64,000 nucleotides of DNA from Botryllus schlosseri. Lineage: Eukaryota. Below the pieces are notes generated by a model, which did not search any database, was not told the DNA's origin, and worked only from the letters and a program-made list of their open reading frames with translations. The position numbers were made by a program, and so were the translations under genes. This document shows, piece after piece, positions 51,901 through 61,860 of the stretch (within the stretch, counting starts at the first letter, position 1; each line of letters starts with the position of its first letter). The stretch lies in the NCBI GenBank assembly GCA_051294905.1, contig CM119371.1:9116001-9180000 (forward strand). Direction: 5' to 3'.

Positions 51901-54900
51901 GATCGTCTTCGCCCTCTCCCCCTCCCCCTCCCCACTGGCTACGGTAATGTTATGTGATCCGAGCGCGAACTTTATTAAAAGAAGTCTTGAGCAAACATTA
52001 GTCTTGCAATGAATCGGAATATATAAATCATAATTATGCGAAGACACTGCAACCTAATCATTCCAGCTGTCCAATTTTACTGATGAGAGCGAAGTACCTG
52101 TAATCTGATTTGTGGAATATTTCTGTGCTCACATTTTAATTCTGAACAAATTACTAGTTTTCTTGAAAATGTTATTTGAGAACTGTATCGTGCGAAACGA
52201 GCCAAGCTTGCTGTAGAAATACACATTATCATACTGACGAGAATGATCTCAGACTTGATATGAGCTGAACTTGATGTTTGTTATGATTCTTCGTAATACG
52301 GAATTGAATTCAATTTTCAAGTATTTCCAAAGTAAGCAATCCTATTTCTTATCAAATTTGGAAGAAACTGTGTTACGATCATTCTAATCATAATCGAAAT
52401 TGAAAAAGCTTAATATTTTCTAGTTGTCCAATTCTCACTGCAACGAATCCAAGATTCCTCGGGAAAGACGATAATTCACATTGTTTCGAACTCGCTAACA
52501 GTAAATACAATGAGAGACTTGTTGCGGCATTCCGATTGCTCGCCTCAATGCAGATTTCTAGCTTTGTCTGCTTGCAAGAGAAAAGCGGATCGAAAAATTC
52601 TCTGGTCCTAGTCCTATCCTGTTTTTAAAAGCTCTGCTCCGACTCCTAGGCCGGATTCTAGAAATTAGCGTGATCCCGTCCAAAAAAACTCCGATAATAA
52701 TTATCTACTCGTAGGATGGTTGTCCTGACTTAGACCCGACATCCAATGACCAGGAACGCAGAACGCCGAATCCAATACTTCTATAATATTAGCGAGACTT
52801 ACAACTTAACAGCAAGTCGACAAATAAGGAATGACCATACTCACGACAGCGGGTGCAATATAAAGCAGCGTAATAACTACATAAACAATGATTACTAACA
52901 CCACAATGGTATTGAATATTGATTGAGACGATGCAAATAAGAAAAAAACTCGAAGATCAAGACCCACCCTTATCTTAAGTAATAAAACCAACTTGGACTT
53001 AGCATGTGTTTCATTTCCATGGACGTTTCACTTTAACTGTTGATTCGAGAGTGGAAAAGAGTAAGACTATCCTATTCCTAATAAAAGTGCTGATCCGGGT
53101 CCTATCCGGCCCAAAATGAGAAAATCAGTCTCCTGTCCATGACCGGCGCTACTGGTGGCCTGACCGTGCAGTGGCGTGTTGCGCATCTATCTATAGTGAA
53201 TTCAAAGCAAAAACGAAACCCCTATTTTTGTCCGCCAGTTGTGATATGCCTCGGGGTCCCTACGCTGATCAACGGACGCTATATATGTGGCAGGGCCTTC
53301 AGATACAAGTTCAATCACAAGTGTGAGGCGGCATGCAAGTGAGTTTTGCAATTTAACTTCATCTGTTGAATCTGTCAACGTTTTGATTTAAGCACTGGTT
53401 TCAAGTTATCCGCGCCGGGAGAGGCCGTTTGTGATGTGAAAGGGAATTGGTTGACGTCTGAAGATGTTAAATGTCAAGGTATTGTATCGCGGACTTGTCG
53501 GTGTAATCTGTAGGGCTGGGCAAAATCGAGTACTTTACTGATTCGATTCTGAATCACGTATTTTGCTTCGAGTCGATTCGAGTATTCGAGTATAACTCAT
53601 TGTGACGTAATATCAAATGCCAAGGTTCAAATATGTAGCTTTATGCCACCACAAAGAATATAATGCCTGTTATCCATCACATTAATGATACTTTGATATT
53701 ATTTTGACCCTACCGATTTCATTTCACTTTCTGACAATGTTGTGGGAGGATCAGGACTTCGGAAATGTGTTATTTCCAGTAACGTTCGTAGCTTTGTACC
53801 ATGTGTCGTATGCTGCGACACGGCCAATCAAGGTTTCATGGCTTCCACAGTGGAAAATGGTATCAAAACCCTAATTCTCGTCGTTAAAATAACTTTCAGT
53901 GGCGAGGAACGTATAATTTCAGTACTCGAAAAAATCGTGTCTTGCTACTCGACTCGAATCATTGGAATAAATACTCGATTCAGATTCGAGTACTCGAATC
54001 ATTGTGCCCAGCCCTAGTAATCTGTAACGGAAGACGAGGTAACCACATGTAGGCTACTTACTCATCAGAGTTCTTTAGTCCAGATATTATTCAATGCATA
54101 CAGAGTTTATTCAGGCGTTTGCAAATAGCGTTAACAAACGTATGTGAGAATTAGGCCTACATACTCGGACTATTTTAGACAAGATATACCACTCATGCGT
54201 GATCAGTTTTCTATGGTACGGCGCTATACACACGCGTGATATAAACTTTCATGGTGGACAATCTTGGATTGCAGCTGGGGTTGCATTTAAAACAAAAATC
54301 AATTTACAACAAACATGTTTAAGACATGGCCCTTGTTTAGAACATGCTTTTATTGTTGTTGTTTTTTTAGCCATGGCGTCACGAATCTTTTATTGTGATG
54401 TCATAGTGGATCGATATTGACAATTGAAAATATAGGGTAAATATGGATCCTTTGACGAAATAGGCTTACGACCAATGTTCCCTCTAAGCTGTGCACGTGC
54501 GCTAATGCGCAGTACTGACACGGTCTCTGCGCACGGAATATCTAAGTTGCGCACAAAAAATCAGAAGTGCTGACCTTTTTTAGTCGTTACGCACTGTTGT
54601 CCAAGGGTCTGCGCAGTGAGTTGGTGAGCGTGCGCAGTCTCGTCAAAAATTAGAGGGCACATTGCTTACGACCCCTGTCATAAACTATAGATTACTAACC
54701 TACGGATAGATACCAGAGATGAGCGGATTTGAAATTTCTATGTCCTAATCCAATCCAAATCCGAACCTTCAAATCCAAATCCTAGTCCATACCTTTTTCA
54801 TATTTAAGTCCATGACCAATCCTAATCCGATTCCAACTGGAAATTCAGAAGAAAAAAAACTATTTTATGCAATTGATGGATTCGAAAATTTTCTTCACAA

Positions 54901-57900
54901 CCAACGATTCACTTGATTCAAGATAACTTAGTAACCATAAGTACATTAATAACTGATCTGAATACAGTTTGTCGCCATTCGCCACACGACATTTCAATCT
55001 CCCAGAAAATAGGTAAATCCAATTCAAATCCTAATCCGTTCTGAAAAAAATGTCTAATCCAAATGCAATCCAAATCCGACAAAATTTCACAAATCCTGTT
55101 TTTTTAAAACCTAATCCTAATCCATGCTCATCTCTGATAGATACCAGAGATGAGCGGATTTGGAATTTACTTGTCCAAATCCAAATCCTAATCCAGAACT
55201 TTTGTATATTCAAATCCGTGTCCAATCTTAATCCCATTCTAACTTGAGATTCAGAAAAAAATGCTAACTTATGCTAGGGAGGAATTGGAAATTTTTTTTC
55301 ACAACCAACAATTCTCTTGATTTAAGAAAGCTTAGAATAGGGATGCACCTCTCATGTTCATTGTCACCGAGTGCACCATAGCGTAGGCTAGTGCAGTGAT
55401 CTTCAACCTTTTTAGTCCTGGTACACCCTTTTAACATTTACTCGAAACTCGCACACCCTTGAGCACATAGTACACCGACTCCGTTCAGTAAGCGCACAGG
55501 GGTGTTCAACCTTTTTGCTATTCACGGCCGCGTTTCGATTACATAGATGATATAGGGCCGCATTCCGGCGAAGAGACGTCATGGCCCATCTGGACGTCAT
55601 ATACCCATGTTAAATTGGCTACTGGGAACTTCGAACAGCGAAGAGCCCTTGTGGTGTCTCGTGCTCTCCCTGATTTTCTGAGATAAACCTTGCGTATGAA
55701 AGTTTCTAATTGCAGAAACAGAACCCACCAACAGGGTTACTATACACCAAAATCGCGAGTGTATATGCTAGGAAAAGTTATCCGGATTCCTTTGCTAGAC
55801 GAATTCCAAAATTTTGGGCACAGAATTGATGATTATGCATCTTTTGGTTTTTACTGATCACTTTGTTGCATGCTATTATTTTTGCCCCACTATCAGGGTC
55901 GTAGGCATAGTCGTAATATATATTGGAATTGCTCAAACGTACCAGATAAACCTTCATTTCGTGAGACGCACACGATTCTGACTTGGTATTCCTTTATTTT
56001 ATGGGGTGCGTTATTTTCCTATGCGGTTGGCATTTGTACGAGGGGGGGGACTCAGATTTTACTATTATATTAAAAACGAAAAATCCAAGTCATCCTTAAT
56101 CGCGCCAAGCGTGAAACAAAAATTTTTAAGTTCAGTTAAGATCTCACAAAGATTTGGGAACCAATTCGTTAGTTGAAATTGCATATTGACGGCCGCTAAC
56201 ACACTCTAATTTAATTATGTGTTGAGGGTCACATATTCATCGTTTTGTGCTTCTTAGGATCGTGTGTCTGCAGGTTGGCCACCTCGGGCATGTAGAAACA
56301 AGGATGAGAAAGGCTGCAAAATACTGGAAATGTTAAATAATAATCAGGGCTCGAGGTTACCGGACCACCATCTAACTAAGTGTGGTTTTCAAACTCGACC
56401 CCCCTTGAGACTCCCTGGCTATGCCACTGCAATTAAGTACACTGCTACATTTATAAGCATCTCGCAGGAAGTACCAACTCAAAATGTCTAAGCCCCCGTG
56501 ACGGTTTCCTCGGGAATGCTTAAAGACAGATATCGCGAAGTGAACACATGTTAATTCTTCCCTGTTCTAGGCTACTCCAAAAAGAACCGATAATTTCATT
56601 ACCAAAGATGAAATGATGAGGAGAAACTTTTGGTTACGACATCACAAAAGGAATGTAATATACAAGCTGGGTACAGCTGATATGAACATTGTACGATATT
56701 GCACACCCGGTCTACATTTTAATGCGGATCTGGTACACCCCAGTACACCCCATCTGAGTGGTACACCCGTTTAAAATTTTGGCACACCCTTGGGTGTACG
56801 AAACACCCAGTTAAAGAGCCCCATATATAATTGTTTTTTTTAAAACTGTATTCTGTAACCCAACCCATAGGTAAATGATATCGTGTATTTTCAATTACAT
56901 GAGCCATAATTACCTATCATACCACACACACGTGTATTACGCAGTGGCGGCTCGTGACAATATCGGGTGGTGGGGCGAGGGCTGCGAAAGCGACTTTCTA
57001 TCAACATGACGTCACAATGGCGTTTTCCAACGTAAAAAAGGAACTTGATGTTGGTCACATGAATTTCCCGACAACAGTGATTTTTAACGTCGGTGCCGCG
57101 AGAGGTTTGCCGTGAAGCCGTGACTTGAAGTGTGGTAACAAATTTCTTATTCATTTTATTTTTATTCAAATGATTATTTTACAAAATGTACGCGAACTAA
57201 GAACCGTCCCTATGCCACGAATCAATCATCAGGGCATCCTTAGTAGCCTGTGTTATGATTTCGTGATAGAGATTACGCAAGCGCCGAGTAAGACTATACC
57301 TACACATACACAGACTAACTACCTACAAAGAGCATTTGCATGACACTTTGTGACCTTTTAATTGTACCACGCTCGGCAATTCTGTGAAGTGTTGACGCGC
57401 CTCCGATCCGATTTGTATGGTAGGATTCGCGTCTCGAAAGCCAGGCAAATCGATTGGCCCTAATCTTTCTAAGCTTATCCGAAAGTGTTTCGTACACGAT
57501 CCTGGTGTGTTACTACCAGGTGATAGGCAGCCAAAGCGGTGGCACCCGTAAACGTAAAACTGCGTAAACGACGTACGGAGCAAAGATTTAACACGATTCA
57601 TGTTCGGACTTGACCAGACTAGTGACTAATTATCTGCTGAATGACTAGAACTTGAGGGATTACGTAAGCCTAAAGGCCTAGCCAGACAGGACGCAGTGTT
57701 GGGATCAAGTCACCACCTTCGAGTCACGAGTCATCTCGAGTCATTGCAAATTTTGACTCGAGTCAAGTCAAGTCAATCGATTTTCAAAGGTGACTCGAGT
57801 CAAGTCAAGTCACTCGTTTTTTTAAGGTGACTCGAGTCAAGTCGAGTCAAGTCAAGTCAAGTCACGAGTCAAGTCACAATTCAAGTCAAATTGAATTTTC

Positions 57901-60900
57901 GAAGTATGAGTGATGATTCAAAGTCATTTCATTTTGCTAGCTGTGTGAAAGACAGATTAATTAATCATTTATCCTGATCAAATACCGAATATCTAGTTAA
58001 ATATACATGCAAAAAGACGGTGTATCCGTCATGCACACGTAGAACTGCTAATAAAGTATATGTGAGTAACTGTACACTGTACAGCTACATACTATACAGT
58101 CAGTTCTTATCAGCCAAAATATAGGACCTAATACGAAGCTTCGAGAAGTTGAAACAAATTGATATGGTACAATAGCCTACACTACCCATCTACACATCCG
58201 TGAGAATATAAACGCACACAATGCATTCGTTCGATTTAAATCATACAAGAGGATTGGTAAATCTGAGCAATGGGCAACGTAAGCGTTGAGCAGTCTAAGA
58301 AACAGAGACACATTGCTATTTAGATTAATATTCTAATTTGCGGTCAATTTATTTGTGATCTAACACTGGAGGAACCTTGTAATGTACAATCAGTGAATGA
58401 CTGGTTGCTCTCACAAGTGACACCGGCGCATCTCGAACAATCCGAACATACACAAGATACAGTGATTTATTCGACCCCGCTTACTTAATGACTTGAAATT
58501 GACTCGTAAATTTTGCTCCGAGTCACGAGTCAATGCACATTTTTGAAGCTCCGAGTCAAGTCAAGTCAAGTCATTTTTCCAAAGTGACTCGAGTCAAGTC
58601 AAGTCATACGAAAAAGTTGACTCGAGTCTGACTCGAGTCAAGTCATGACTCGAGTCATCCCAACACTGACAGGACGCCGATAGCCGAAAACGTAATGGTT
58701 TGAGCCGAATGCCGAAAACGTATGCGATACAGGCAGGTCGCGTACGGAGAAGGGTTCTCTCGTTTTTCGCGAGCCTGGCCGCAAGCGTACGGGCGCGTAA
58801 CGAGTTAAAATATTTTCAACTTTGTACGCTATCGGCGCTGACGGCTGGTCGAGTGGTCGTTCATCGTGTGCCTCAGTCGTATTTGGCTTACTGGGCGATG
58901 TTTTGTTGAGTGTTGCGAATCGCTGGGAGAAGAGATGCGGTGGCAGTGGCGTTGTTGTTCGAAGTAGCAGTACTAATTTACATCAATTGTAGTGAAGTAT
59001 AGCGCCAGCCTATCTTTGGAATATTGTTTTCCGCACTGTATACTTGATGAGGACTAAGATGGTCGGCAATCACGACACCAGATATGTTGGTATATTGAGG
59101 AGGGTTGGTTCGATTTGTTTGAAATAAGGTCATATTTCGGCTTACCATACGTCCCGTTTTAGGCGGGATAGTCCCGCTTTTTAACGTCTTGTCCCGGCGT
59201 CCCGACCAGTCAGCCAAACGTCCCGCTTTTTAAGGCCGTAAGGTACAAGTCAGATTTAGAGCAAATTGTGAGTGATATGCTGTAAATTAGCACAGAAGTG
59301 ACGCTCCGGCGGTTATTTCGGAGTGAAAAACGGTGAATTTAGCTCTGAGCTAAAAGATGAACATTTTTTTATTATATTTTATTCATCCACCTAGCAATGC
59401 GGAGGGGAAAACGGTATTTTGAGCTCTGAGCGGAAAGATGACGTTTTTTTTTTTTTTTTTTTTTTAGTCAACCGATCATAAACTGGGAAAAATTCACCGG
59501 TTTTTGAGAATTCTTCTCCGGTTTTGCAAGTCTCAGATTTCTGAAAAAGTGTCCTCTTTTTAGATTTCCAAAATATGGTAAGTTGAAAATTGAAGGTAAA
59601 AACGAACAAAAATTTTTGGCCGCGGCCATTTCCTTCAGAACGCCACAGTAACGGAGCTGCAATTTATTGAAATTTCTACAAGACCAGCTGCCGCGGCTGC
59701 TTAACCCGTTACATGACACGATATCTTCACCGTCGCACTTGCTCGACGCGATTAGGCAGTCACGCAGAGAATGAATTTTAGATAGTTGTCAGCCGATGTT
59801 ATGAAGGAAATGTGTCTAAGATTCGTTCTCTGCGTGACTGCCTTATCGCGTCGAGCAAGTGCGACGATGAAGACATCGTACCATGTAACGGGTTAAGCAG
59901 CCGCGGCAGCTGGTCTTGTAGAAATTTCAATAAATTGCAGCTCCGTTACGGTGGCGTTCTGAAAGAAATGGCAGCGGCCAAAAATTTTTGTTCGTTTTTA
60001 CCTTAAATTTGAGACCACATCATTTTTAGAGCGCAGTGCCCCTTTAAGGGCAACTAGGCCTAGTTGCCCCACTTGCTCGATAATCTTATGAATAGGAGAG
60101 AGTAAATCACCGTTTCTTTATTGCGAGAACAGAGAAGAGAATTCGATTTTCGCAGAGACTTCGCCATATATGGGCTGGGCATTTACAAGCGAAAGCACAA
60201 GAAGAATGTGATTTTCGCTGTGATTTCGGTATATATTGATTGCTTTTCGTCTGTAAATGGTGAATAATTGTTATTGGACGGATTTTTAGCTGGGGCAATG
60301 ACGCAGTTGCCCTATAGGACGAGCCGCCACTGATATTACGTCACAATATGAAGTAGACTTGTCGCTAGCGACTACTACAAACTAAACACTTCCATATTCC
60401 AAACAGTCTTTGCTTGCATACAAATATATTCAAGGTACGAATTGTCAGTTTCCTCATGTTTCTTCCACCGTAATACCATCGAATGGATAAGGTCCGTATC
60501 AGCTATACTACTTAATGGTTCATACGTTCATTACTTTCGCTATTTCCGTTCAATTACCTACTTTAGTTTGCGCTCTTTACTCCTATACTATCTTCTGATT
60601 TTATTCTCCTCTTCGTAATATAGTATTAAAAACATGACTGCAAAACTTAAAAAAGATTCGCAACTGCTCTTTCGGGTCGTAAGCATTACAGGTATTCGCT
60701 AAAGAAAAGGATAGGCTAATGCCCTACCCACACCTTTACTACCCCTGACGACGTGAGGTGCTATGGTAGAGTTGCTTTGGACTGAGTCATATTCGTAGTA
60801 CTATATTACTTATCTCCGCTTACTTGTTTCGTAAACTTTTTTTCTATAAATATTAAGAATATTCCTTCAATCGCATCCAGAATATATTATAATTTATTTC

Positions 60901-61860
60901 GTTACTCTTAACATTCTATCTGCTACGTTTTCAGATTTCGTGTTACATGATATTTCTCTAATTACAATCAGTATATATTGAAATTTACTTCATTACTCTC
61001 AACATTCTATCGACTACGCTTCCAGATTTTATGTTACGTGATATCCACCAAAAACGTCCAATCTTTGAATTCTTGTCGGTAGGGTCAAGCCCGCCTATGA
61101 CATATCTTACCGAGGAAGATCCTATCGTAAAGCACGAGAATGTCTTGCTTACGAGATTGTTTTGCGACATATATGATACATTCTCTTTAAACTCCGACAA
61201 GGAATCTGGTGGATCCATTTGCGGAAGCCCTAGACTGCGCCCGCAAGGGCGCAGTGTTTTGTGTTTTCACCGTGTTTACACAATTATGGCATAATTATAC
61301 AACTTTTGGAATACAAATTTTGTTAGAGGCCGTGTTTTAAAGGCAACCCGTATTTGGACAGTACGCTCGTCTTGTTCATTCTTTCAATAATAACTCACTC
61401 AAGTACATGGACATGTGTAATTAAATCCAATTAAAATGTAGGAAATATTTTGTCCACGTGACATATCAACAAGTGATGAACTAATAGTAAAATCGAATCT
61501 CTGGGGTACCCAATTCCGGCTCAACCGTGTATACAATGTTCTTTTTCAAATCTCTACTAGTTGTTGAAGATCACCCTTGACGAGTATCTGCCGAAAATAT
61601 CGGAGTTAATTCAATGTGAGTTTAGTATTTAATTGCATACAGAAGTTATTGTTTCATGTAGCTCCATAGCTCTCTACCTTGGATGGTTTGTTTAAACTCG
61701 ATTTTGTGTCTGTCAGATGAGAACGAGTGCGAAGGATTGGACATGAATGGCAAACAAAGAAACGGATTCTGCGAACAGAAATGCGTCAACACAATCGGAT
61801 CCTATTATTGCGATTGCGAGGACGACTACAAACTGGACGAAGACGGACGAACATGCACAA
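33729..61860 (+). CDS. Gene B: signal peptide-FN3-three-finger(LU-like)-9x sushi-cbEGF; 17 exons, at least 840 aa, 3' incomplete
   Basis: join(33729..33910,34818..34926,35219..35339,36987..37167,37724..37797,37874..38056,39237..39354,40534..40616,44823..44999,47052..47237,49607..49783,50317..50538,50730..50930,51301..51477,53239..53338,53393..53478,61717..61860) = 2521 nt; all GT-AG, phases compatible, no stop. Confidence 0.9.
34818..34926 (+). CDS. Gene B exon 2: FN3 middle
   Basis: YVNAREWVDGKKVGNQAIGIWLHGRKRSTTLGNLNPG; same length as gene A exon 2. Confidence 0.88.
35219..35339 (+). CDS. Gene B exon 3: FN3 end and three-finger start
   Basis: REYLIRIQAYAKDRPIGSRPQKVVRTSQQCYTCNAMSDNE|gtaagt. 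Confidence 0.9.
36537..36759 (-). mobile_element. tRNA-derived SINE
   Basis: Minus strand A-box-like TCGTAGTGGTA, B-box GGTTCGAGTCC, A-rich tail; TSD ccatcgtggt/ccaccgtggt; empty site near 4965. Confidence 0.8.
36987..37167 (+). CDS. Gene B exon 4: three-finger core
   Basis: QCKGPDNEFECSYDKDACLNEVRYSKGVPKITKRCSQWRPELGGQIQNGSDVTVACSGRG|gtaagt. Confidence 0.9.
37724..37797 (+). CDS. Gene B exon 5: three-finger end
   Basis: KITDAACRCMCRSNLCNEVEVPCLN|gtaagg. Confidence 0.9.
37874..38056 (+). CDS. Gene B exon 6: sushi 1
   Basis: ECFKELPSPEKSYIRCTNGEKVGSMCWWYCMPGYKIKGTSRSVCRRDRTWSVLNPPECVGD|gtgagt; an alternative in-frame donor lies 6 nt earlier. Confidence 0.93.
39237..39354 (+). CDS. Gene B exon 7: linker and first half of sushi 2
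   Basis: ttttcag|DHFHPPFESRCPFLVPDENGLISCTKGNRPGSVCTFRCLS|gtgagt. Confidence 0.88.
40534..40616 (+). CDS. Gene B exon 8: second half of sushi 2
   Basis: NSRLHGSTVRKCDGVTSKWSGIPATCE|gtaggc. Confidence 0.9.
40982..42131. mobile_element. hAT MITE
   Basis: TIR caggggtgggcaaac/gtttgcccacccctg; perfect TSD acttagat. Confidence 0.9.
42645..43091. mobile_element. MITE with AAAAAGAGGACA subterminal repeats; related inverted copy about 59139..59582
   Basis: Ends taggtttaccata / tatggtaagcctg; body is the reverse complement of 59250..59582. Confidence 0.7.
44823..44999 (+). CDS. Gene B exon 9: sushi 3
   Basis: DIICSVIEERNGLTKKCTDNTTIGSVCEFSCPENRKLLGSHRVICQVTGSWSSSIPICG|gtgaga. Confidence 0.93.
45082..46783. 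mobile_element. Non-autonomous hAT element
   Basis: TIR cagtggttcccaacc/ggttgggaaccactg; perfect TSD gattagtg; empty site near 11775. Confidence 0.9.
47052..47237 (+). CDS. Gene B exon 10: sushi 4
   Basis: EPDCSIFPSLFDNVVMECLRIPYRETGKMCIFSCKEGYEIVGPSRTFCYNGNSWTDVSPTCR|gtgagt. Confidence 0.92.
47490..49153 (-). mobile_element. Decayed LINE (L1/Tx1-like) 5' UTR and ORF1
   Basis: ATG at 49011; RRM-like TYLIVKGIPYESKEEVIAEQLSEYG..NG; zinc knuckle CNNCNMTGHIVKEC near 48310..48350; GGATATACT repeats in the UTR; broken by stops and frameshifts; no ORF2 seen; left boundary approximate. Confidence 0.75.
49154..49212 (-). pseudogene. Truncated tRNA-Phe-like sequence (5' end through T-loop), anticodon reads CAA
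   Basis: GCCGCGATAGCTCAGTCGGGAGAGCGTCAGACTCAAGATCTGAAGGTTCCTGGTTCAAT; the 3' T-stem and acceptor strands are missing. Confidence 0.85.
49607..49783 (+). CDS. Gene B exon 11: sushi 5
   Basis: HTRCQPPAFPPRNGFMRCSERDYYGSVCAFSCKSGYMLLGSRKSTCGLWGWSEESPICK|gtaaga. Confidence 0.92.
50317..50538 (+). CDS. Gene B exon 12: sushi 6 with a long loop insertion
   Basis: TIRCQSILNFNGHYSCNRGYNFGSMCRFSCLYGFGFEKGMKTRLKCLRKSQEELEVGRVYSILGRWSSRVPHCV|gtgagt. Confidence 0.9.
50730..50930 (+). CDS. Gene B exon 13: sushi 7
   Basis: AIGCSQLGAVPDNSGRKCTSVSNTFGTICTYQCDSGYGMIGPSRTTCVASLDGESRGEWSHPQPFCQ|gtaagt. Confidence 0.93.
51301..51477 (+). CDS. Gene B exon 14: sushi 8
   Basis: RVTCGPLPLVDNGDVKCTDGDYEGTACSVSCRYGYNFRGRNPVRCSIEGLWSRSFGRCT|gtgaaa; this frame is missing from the ORF track. 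Confidence 0.92.
53239..53338 (+). CDS. Gene B exon 15: first half of sushi 9
   Basis: VVICLGVPTLINGRYICGRAFRYKFNHKCEAAC|gtgagt; phase 1-2. Confidence 0.88.
53393..53478 (+). CDS. Gene B exon 16: second half of sushi 9
   Basis: After a 54-nt intron: NTGFKLSAPGEAVCDVKGNWLTSEDVKCQ|gtattg. Confidence 0.88.
53511..54016. mobile_element. hAT MITE, TAGGGCTGGGCA family
   Basis: Perfect TIRs; TSD gtaatctg; reverse orientation to 28270..28783. Confidence 0.9.
54473..54664. mobile_element. 192-bp hAT MITE
   Basis: TIR caatgttccctctaa/ttagagggcacattg; perfect TSD cttacgac. Confidence 0.85.
54714..55136. mobile_element. hAT MITE with AATCC subterminal repeats, followed by a second partial copy from 55145
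   Basis: TIR cagagatgagc/gctcatctctg; perfect TSD atagatac. Confidence 0.85.
57694..58668 (+). mobile_element. Intact hAT MITE of the GACTCGAGTCAAGTCA family
   Basis: TIR cagtgttgggat/atcccaacactg; perfect TSD acaggacg; older or related copies near 25410, 29190, 38300, 39715, 43595, 50950. Confidence 0.9.
59595..60002. mobile_element. Palindromic (hairpin) MITE, possibly Kolobok-like
   Basis: About 190-bp near-identical inverted arms with a spacer of about 28 nt; termini GGTAA..TTACC flanked by tgaa/ttaa. Confidence 0.8.
61717..61860 (+). CDS. Gene B exon 17: calcium-binding EGF domain
   Basis: DENEC...FCEQKCVNTIGSYYCDCEDDYKLDEDGRTCT matches the cbEGF consensus (DxNEC, CxNxxGSYxCxC); phase 1-1. 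Confidence 0.92.

Larger units (their letters stand above)
56942..60332. mobile_element. hAT-like element holding three nested insertions
   Basis: TIR cagtggcggctcgt/acgagccgccactg; TSD gtattacg/atattacg. Confidence 0.75.

Noticed and set aside
57715..57900. Regular GACTCGAGTCAAGTCA arrays resembling a CRISPR or satellite
   Set aside because: No unique constant-length spacers; they are subterminal repeats of a TIR/TSD-bounded MITE in a eukaryotic intron.
59468..60006. Duplicated divergent gene pair (CNGLSSRGSWSCRNF..)
   Set aside because: Artefact of the DNA palindrome read on both strands.
60770..61260. Possible LINE RT fragment and a short direct duplication (about 60900 and 60990)
   Set aside because: No diagnostic RT motif could be read; too weak to call.
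33729..61860. Naming gene B as a selectin, SVEP1, factor H or fester
   Set aside because: No C-type lectin, vWA, pentraxin or TM domain is seen in the window and the domain order fits none of them, so no symbol is assigned.
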